Source of the DNA: Candidatus Latescibacterota bacterium
Lineage (GTDB): Bacteria > Latescibacterota > UBA2968
Length of the DNA stretch: 64,000 nt
Direction of reading: 5' to 3'
Assembly: GCA_965222605.1 (NCBI GenBank)
Contig: OZ244960.1
Coordinates: 1,440,001 to 1,504,000 of the forward strand
Of this stretch, positions 59,093-64,000 are shown piece by piece. The stretch's first letter is position 1; the number at the start of each line of letters is the position of its first letter. Made by a program: the position numbers and the translations under genes. The notes under the pieces were generated by a model that made no database searches, was not told the origin of the DNA, and worked only from the letters and a program-made list of their open reading frames with translations.

Positions 59093-59197
59093 TTAACACG
59101 CAGGACAAACCACACTCTTGGACGGGCGGCGATAATAATAATATCGACCGTCAAATCGACGCCAAAAATACCAAAAATGGGTTGCAAAAGCGTTCAT
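59093..59197 (-). CDS. attenuator leader peptide rich in Phe/Trp/Tyr (34 aa)
   Basis: MNAFATHFWYFWRRFDGRYYYYRRPSKSVVCPAC*; AAGGA RBS; lies between a promoter and the terminator. Confidence 0.88.
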   Translation of the reverse strand: MNAFATHFWYFWRRFDGRYYYYRRPSKSVVCPAC

Positions 59198-59238
59198 CAC
59201 ACCAAATTCCTTAAACAAGAGTTATGTCAGATGCGCCA

Positions 59239-59268
59239 AAGATAACAAATTCTAAAACAAATTGTCAA
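59239..59268 (-). promoter_or_regulatory. sigma70 promoter of the trp/aro cluster
   Basis: TTGACA-18 bp-TATCTT with extended -10 TG. Confidence 0.7.
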
Positions 59269-59277
59269 GTAGGAAGT

Positions 59278-60048
59278 TTATTCGTGGCCGTCAATCGTGC
59301 CCACCTCAATTTTCAACTCATCGCGGTCAATAATGCGATCTACGCGGCCATCGCGCACCCACACCACGCGGTCGGATACCGACAGCATCTTGTGATCGTG
59401 CGTCGCTGAAATCACGGTCACGCCCGACTCCTCGTTCATCCGGCGCAACAACTCAATAATCTCCCGCCCCGTATTCAAATCGAGATTTCCAGTCGGCTCG
59501 TCAGCCAGAATAATCGCTGGATCGTTGGCAAAGGCCCGCGCAACAGCCACGCGTTGCTGCTGACCACCTGAAAGCTCATAAGGCTTGTGCATCACGCGCT
59601 CGCCCAGACCGACCTGTGTCAACAACCCTACGCCCTTGTCGCGCGCCTCGTCGCTCGTCAGCCCGGCAAACACCATCGGCAGGGTCACATTCTCAAGCGC
59701 CGTCATCACCGGAATCAAATTATAAGATTGAAAAATATAACCGATCTTTCGGCAGCGCAACCACGCGAGTTCATAAGCGTCGAGTTGGGCGACATCTACA
59801 TCGTCGATATAAACCTTGCCTTCGGTCGGCTTGTCCAATCCACCCACCATATTAAACAGAGTACTCTTCCCCGAACCAGAAGGTCCCATGATGGACAGGT
59901 ATTCGCCCTGCGTCACTTCCAGATCCACTCCTCTGAGTGCGTGAATCTGCTCTTCGCCCATTATGTACACCTTCTTCACATCTTGCGTGCGTACAATAGT
60001 TGCCTGTTCGGCCTCTGCATTTGTTTCTGTTTTTTCTTCGGCAGCCAT
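59278..60048 (-). CDS. ABC transporter ATP-binding protein (LolD/MacB-like)
   Basis: GPSGSGKST, LSGGQQQRV, LADEPTGNLD. Confidence 0.95.
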   Translation of the reverse strand: MAAEEKTETNAEAEQATIVRTQDVKKVYIMGEEQIHALRGVDLEVTQGEYLSIMGPSGSGKSTLFNMVGGLDKPTEGKVYIDDVDVAQLDAYELAWLRCRKIGYIFQSYNLIPVMTALENVTLPMVFAGLTSDEARDKGVGLLTQVGLGERVMHKPYELSGGQQQRVAVARAFANDPAIILADEPTGNLDLNTGREIIELLRRMNEESGVTVISATHDHKMLSVSDRVVWVRDGRVDRIIDRDELKIEVGTIDGHE

Positions 60049-60074
60049 AAAATACCTCACAATCAGTTTGTCAT

Positions 60075-60746
60075 TTAAACTTCCAAAGACATCGCATCAA
60101 CCGGCTCCATCTTGGCAGCGCGATAGGCCGGCAAAATGCCACCAATCAGCGACAAAAAAGAACCAATGACAATAGCTTTAACACCATCTTGAAGGATTTG
60201 AACCATGGGAAGATGATCGAAAATCACCGTACCAAAACTCGACATATTGAGCAATGCAGTCAGCAAAAACCCAACGATCACGCCAATAACCGTGCCCGCT
60301 GCACCCATAAACGTCGATTCGAGAATAAATAACTTAATAATAAATCCGTCCAATGCGCCCATACACTTCATAGTGCCAATCTCGCGGAACCGCTCCGTAA
60401 CAGACATCAGCATGGCATTGGCAATACCCACCAGACACACGAGCAGCGACAACACCACCAGCCATGCATCTTTTGACCGTTGCTGGATTGCGGCGGCACT
60501 ATCGGGATCAATTTCAACGCCCTTTTGTTGCAAGATCAAATTGATCTTGGGATCACTGGCAGCCATCAAACCGTCAATAATGGAATTGCCTGCCCAAATC
60601 GACATCAAAAAAGCGATGGCAAGCACAATACCACTCACCGTAATCAAAGACCGGCCAAATCGGATCTTAACGCTATTAAAACTGATCTCAACCGCTTTGG
60701 AAAGCGGAAGAGATATCTGGGTATTGAGTTCGCGCTGCTCTGCCAT
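60075..60746 (-). CDS. FtsX/MacB-like ABC permease with short periplasmic loop
   Basis: GIANAMLMSVTERFREIGTMK..GA, PAYRAAK.EPV.A. Confidence 0.9.
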   Translation of the reverse strand: MAEQRELNTQISLPLSKAVEISFNSVKIRFGRSLITVSGIVLAIAFLMSIWAGNSIIDGLMAASDPKINLILQQKGVEIDPDSAAAIQQRSKDAWLVVLSLLVCLVGIANAMLMSVTERFREIGTMKCMGALDGFIIKLFILESTFMGAAGTVIGVIVGFLLTALLNMSSFGTVIFDHLPMVQILQDGVKAIVIGSFLSLIGGILPAYRAAKMEPVDAMSLEV

Positions 60747-60787
60747 AAACGCCTCCAGTTTCAAAAAAATTGCACAAACCGCTGCTC

Positions 60788-60816
60788 AACATAAAAGCCA
60801 ATTGCCCCTCTGTCAA
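60788..60816 (-). promoter_or_regulatory. sigma70 promoter candidate
   Basis: TTGACA-17 bp-TATGTT. Confidence 0.6.
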
Positions 60817-60831
60817 GCCAAAATACCAGAC

Positions 60832-61551
60832 TTATTTATTATCGGCGTTGCCCTTTTTTCGCAAAAAATAGAATGTCAACAATTGCTTCATAAACAAATA
60901 GTACTCAGTCCAGTTCAATTTGCTGCTACTATATTGCCGGTTGCGAAACACAAAGGGCACCTCTATAAAAGACTTATAATGCCCCTTGACCAGAATCTCC
61001 AGCAAAATTTTATACCCCGGGGAAGTCAATGCCATGTTTTTAATAACGCGCCGATGCAAAAAGAAATAGCCCGCCAGTGGGTCTTGCACGCCAGTTAATT
61101 GCCGGGCGAGAAATACTCCCAATTGAGAAATAATTCTGCGGTACCAGGCCCATTGTTCGACGTGACTATCCGCATCAAATCGGCTGCCAATAGCCAGATC
61201 GTGATCTCGCAACCCGTAAATGAGCTGAGGCAAAACAATGGGATCGTGGCTCAAATCGGCATCTATCACCCCCAAAAGATCCCGCTCTGCCCGCTCAAAC
61301 CCCGCCATCACAGCACTGCCCAATCCCAATTTTCCTGCGCGGTGAACCACCTGCACCGGATAGCGATCCACGAGTGATTCGGCCACCTCTCCCGTGCTAT
61401 CGGGCGAATTATCATCAACCACAATCAATTCGAGATCGATGTCGGGATAGTCTTTCAGAACGTCGAATATTTCTTCCACCAATAAAGAAATATTCTCGCG
61501 CTCGTTATAGGTGGGCGTAATCAGAGAAATGTGGAGTTTATTATCAGACAT
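60832..61551 (-). CDS. GT2 polyprenol-phosphate mannose synthase-like glycosyltransferase
   Basis: PTYNE.EN, VDDNSPD, DADLSH, GSR, GYKILLE. Confidence 0.92.
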   Translation of the reverse strand: MSDNKLHISLITPTYNERENISLLVEEIFDVLKDYPDIDLELIVVDDNSPDSTGEVAESLVDRYPVQVVHRAGKLGLGSAVMAGFERAERDLLGVIDADLSHDPIVLPQLIYGLRDHDLAIGSRFDADSHVEQWAWYRRIISQLGVFLARQLTGVQDPLAGYFFLHRRVIKNMALTSPGYKILLEILVKGHYKSFIEVPFVFRNRQYSSSKLNWTEYYLFMKQLLTFYFLRKKGNADNK

Positions 61552-62440
61552 AGGTATTAGCGATCTTGTGAAAAACGCCCTTTAGTTGTCTCAAATTATG
61601 CTCAAAAGAGGCAGGTACAATATCACATAATGTTCTGGCGAGTGCGGTTGTCAACCCGGCTCGCAGCGGGCGCTGTGCGAACTGCCCAAATTCTGCAGAA
61701 GTGATGGCAGACACCAGCGAAAAATCAAGCCCCATCACCGCACAAATCTGCTCAACCATTTCAAAACGCGTCAAAAAATCCGCCCCGCCAAAATGCACCA
61801 CACCGCGGAAGTCAGTGCGGCAAAGTTTTAAGATAAATGCGGCAAGCTCATCGACAAAAGTCGGATTTGCCCACTCGTCTGTCACCACGCGAATCGCCTC
61901 TCGCTCCGCCAGCGATGAAATGGCCCAGGTCACAAAATTGGGCCGACAAGACGGGTGAAAACCGTACAGTACCGCCGTTCGCACCACAATGCCGGGGCAA
62001 AGTGCATTCAATAGAATAACTTCGCTTTCTAACTTGGTCTGCCCATACACATTCACCGGGTGTGCTTCATCGACCTCGGCATAAGGCCCTTTCTTTCCAT
62101 CAAACACGTAATTGGTCGATAAGTTTACCAGACCACATCCAACTCGTTCACACGCTTGAACCAGATTGCGCGTTCCATCGACGTGTATCGCACGCGCAAG
62201 CGCGGGATTTCGCTCGCATCCATCAACGCTTGTCATAGCTGCCGAATTGATCACCCACTGAGGGCGCACCTGTGCTACCACCTCGTGTACCGAAGCGGGC
62301 TGTGTCAAATCTACGACGAGATGACCCTTTTGACCGCTACGCGACGCAGGTGTCCGCTCCCAATCATCGCAGGATACATCGCAAAGTGCGTGTCCCAAAA
62401 AACCCGATACGCCGACAATGAGCAACCGGTTATTAGCCAT
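61544..62440 (-). CDS. dTDP-4-dehydrorhamnose reductase (RmlD)-like SDR
   Basis: GVSGFLG, AAMT.VD.CE, ST.YVFDG, YGQTK; TAATG overlap with the upstream gene. Confidence 0.9.
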   Translation of the reverse strand: MANNRLLIVGVSGFLGHALCDVSCDDWERTPASRSGQKGHLVVDLTQPASVHEVVAQVRPQWVINSAAMTSVDGCERNPALARAIHVDGTRNLVQACERVGCGLVNLSTNYVFDGKKGPYAEVDEAHPVNVYGQTKLESEVILLNALCPGIVVRTAVLYGFHPSCRPNFVTWAISSLAEREAIRVVTDEWANPTFVDELAAFILKLCRTDFRGVVHFGGADFLTRFEMVEQICAVMGLDFSLVSAITSAEFGQFAQRPLRAGLTTALARTLCDIVPASFEHNLRQLKGVFHKIANTYV

Positions 62441-63987
62441 TAGTTTTCGCTTTCCCGCACAAATAATGCCAATGCGCGATTCAGAGCACCGGCATATCCA
62501 ATACGATCTATATTGGGTGCAATTAGAGCTGTCAAAATCGCCTCGGCTCGATCTCGATAGCGCGGCATTTTTGTATGCACAAAAAGCCGCATAAAAACCT
62601 GCGCCGCCACGCCATTTCCCGAAGGCAGCCACCGATCAATAGCGGGCGAACTCGCGACCTCTGCCTCCGGCGTTCGATCTCTCAAAGCGCCCGAAGAATC
62701 GGCAAAAGCTGTCATCACCCGATCTGCATGCGTCCGCGCAAATAACAAATCGGCCTCGCGTTTCTGCACCTCAAACAAATCGAGGGCCGCGCGAATGATT
62801 AAAACCTGATCCAGCAAAAAATGGGGCGTATTTAAAGATCGCGCGTGGGCAAACAGGCTATCGTCCTGTACAAATCGCGTCTTAACCTCTTCAAAAATTC
62901 GCCGCCCAGCATCTAAAAAACGCGCCTCTCGAGTTTCGAGAAACGCCGCGCACAAACCCGAAACCGCCAGTGCATTCCAGCCCGAATAAATCTCTGCATC
63001 CCGCAATATATTTCCCGCCCGATCTTTAAAACCAGCCAGCCCGGCCCCCAACAAAACATTGCCAGATACGGCAAACTTTTCGAGCATCGCATCGGCCAGA
63101 TCGCGGGACAAATTTACCCGTGCAAATGCCCGCAATAATTGGGCATTGACCGCCATGTGCTTTTCCGAATCAATCACAGGCCCGCGATGTGTTAATACCC
63201 CCAACACATAAATGCCATCTGTATCGCGCCGTGCGCTGTGTGCAAAATTGACCAAAGGCGAATCAATACCCGCTTCTGCAAGCGCAAGAAGGCCTTCGGG
63301 ACCTGGATCAAAGCCGCTTTTTGCTACCGATTTTAAACTGTCGCGCACGCGGTGCAAAAGCGCTGCGTTGGGTTTGATACCAGGGCGCAGATCTTTCTTT
63401 TTATCGAATTCTACTCGCCGCTTCAACTCTGACCGCTGCACCTCGAGCCTGACGAGCCTATCGGGATTGTCGTACAAAATTTGCACCCACCGCAACAGAT
63501 CTATCATATCATCGGGATCGAGATAGGTGCTGCCCGTAATCCATTGTCCATCGGGTGTCAAAAAAGAGAGCGATGGAACCCCGCCCAGACCAAAACGCTC
63601 AAACAAATCGGGCCGTTGATCAGCATCAACCCATATCGGCAGGGTGTAACGGGCAATCGCCCGCGCAATTTCTGAATCTTCAAAACACCGCGCTGCCAGA
63701 TCGCGACACCAAACCGATCGCTGCGTGTACAAAAACAACAAAATGGGGCACTCGGTAATTCGGGCAGAATCTCTTTGGCTCCATGTCCGCCAGCTTATTT
63801 TTCCGCCATCCAACGCCATTACATCTAATTTGGTCGTCTTATCTCCCCCACCACATGCTAAAAACCCAAACACGAGCGCGATCCAGATATTTTGCCGCAA
63901 AACGACCCGCAAGAGACCACTATCACACAAATTTTTTAAAAAAAAAACATGGAACTCGCTGCATGGGAAAACGTCTAAACCAAACAA
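62440..63987 (-). CDS. DUF255/YyaL-like thioredoxin + alpha/alpha-barrel protein, possible lipoprotein; true start probably near 63900
   Basis: FLACGG lipobox-like, VDADQRPD, GG.PSL.FLTPDG, SGWNAL, PSGN.VAA. Confidence 0.75.
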   Translation of the reverse strand: MFGLDVFPCSEFHVFFLKNLCDSGLLRVVLRQNIWIALVFGFLACGGGDKTTKLDVMALDGGKISWRTWSQRDSARITECPILLFLYTQRSVWCRDLAARCFEDSEIARAIARYTLPIWVDADQRPDLFERFGLGGVPSLSFLTPDGQWITGSTYLDPDDMIDLLRWVQILYDNPDRLVRLEVQRSELKRRVEFDKKKDLRPGIKPNAALLHRVRDSLKSVAKSGFDPGPEGLLALAEAGIDSPLVNFAHSARRDTDGIYVLGVLTHRGPVIDSEKHMAVNAQLLRAFARVNLSRDLADAMLEKFAVSGNVLLGAGLAGFKDRAGNILRDAEIYSGWNALAVSGLCAAFLETREARFLDAGRRIFEEVKTRFVQDDSLFAHARSLNTPHFLLDQVLIIRAALDLFEVQKREADLLFARTHADRVMTAFADSSGALRDRTPEAEVASSPAIDRWLPSGNGVAAQVFMRLFVHTKMPRYRDRAEAILTALIAPNIDRIGYAGALNRALALFVRESEN

Positions 63988-64000
63988 AAAAGGCTTGACA

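Noticed and set aside
63995-64000. TTGACA at the window edge as a promoter
   Set aside because: The -10 element and target gene lie outside the window, so it cannot be evaluated.

Overview
Bacterial chromosomal window of about 50% GC. The gene families (Y_Y_Y/sigma54 activator, FGE-sulfatase-domain paralogues, PhyH dioxygenases, sulfatase, WD40/EF-hand secreted protein, several PIN toxin-antitoxin pairs) resemble those of Latescibacterota/Poribacteria-like marine or sponge-associated genomes; this is inference only. Four zones: (1) 1-6 kb, a sigma54 activator, its candidate enhancer sites and -24/-12 promoter, and an operon of exported repeat and lectin-fold proteins; (2) 6-13.6 kb, a rearranged defence/TA island with two PIN TA pairs between repeated Rpn-like C-terminal tails, a glgB 3' remnant, and a type II R-M system whose endonuclease is split by a defective IS256; (3) 13.6-35 kb, catabolic and transport genes plus an AAA-ATPase/DUF3226 pair; (4) 35-59.3 kb, a co-oriented minus-strand aromatic amino-acid cluster (trpEGD-trpCF-tyrS-trpBA-CM-aroG-tyrA-aroE-aroK-aroB, also ubiE, argS, purF), followed by ABC and glycosylation genes. 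Best findings: an unannotated 34-aa leader peptide rich in Phe, Trp and Tyr with a complete attenuator fold upstream of trpE; a half-length, catalytically degenerate AroA followed by an unannotated 51-aa membrane ORF; two lectin-fold genes with DGR-like hypervariable 3' ends; and TA cassettes bracketed by Rpn-tail repeats. No rRNA, tRNA or CRISPR array was seen. All family calls come from reading motifs by eye, not from database searches.
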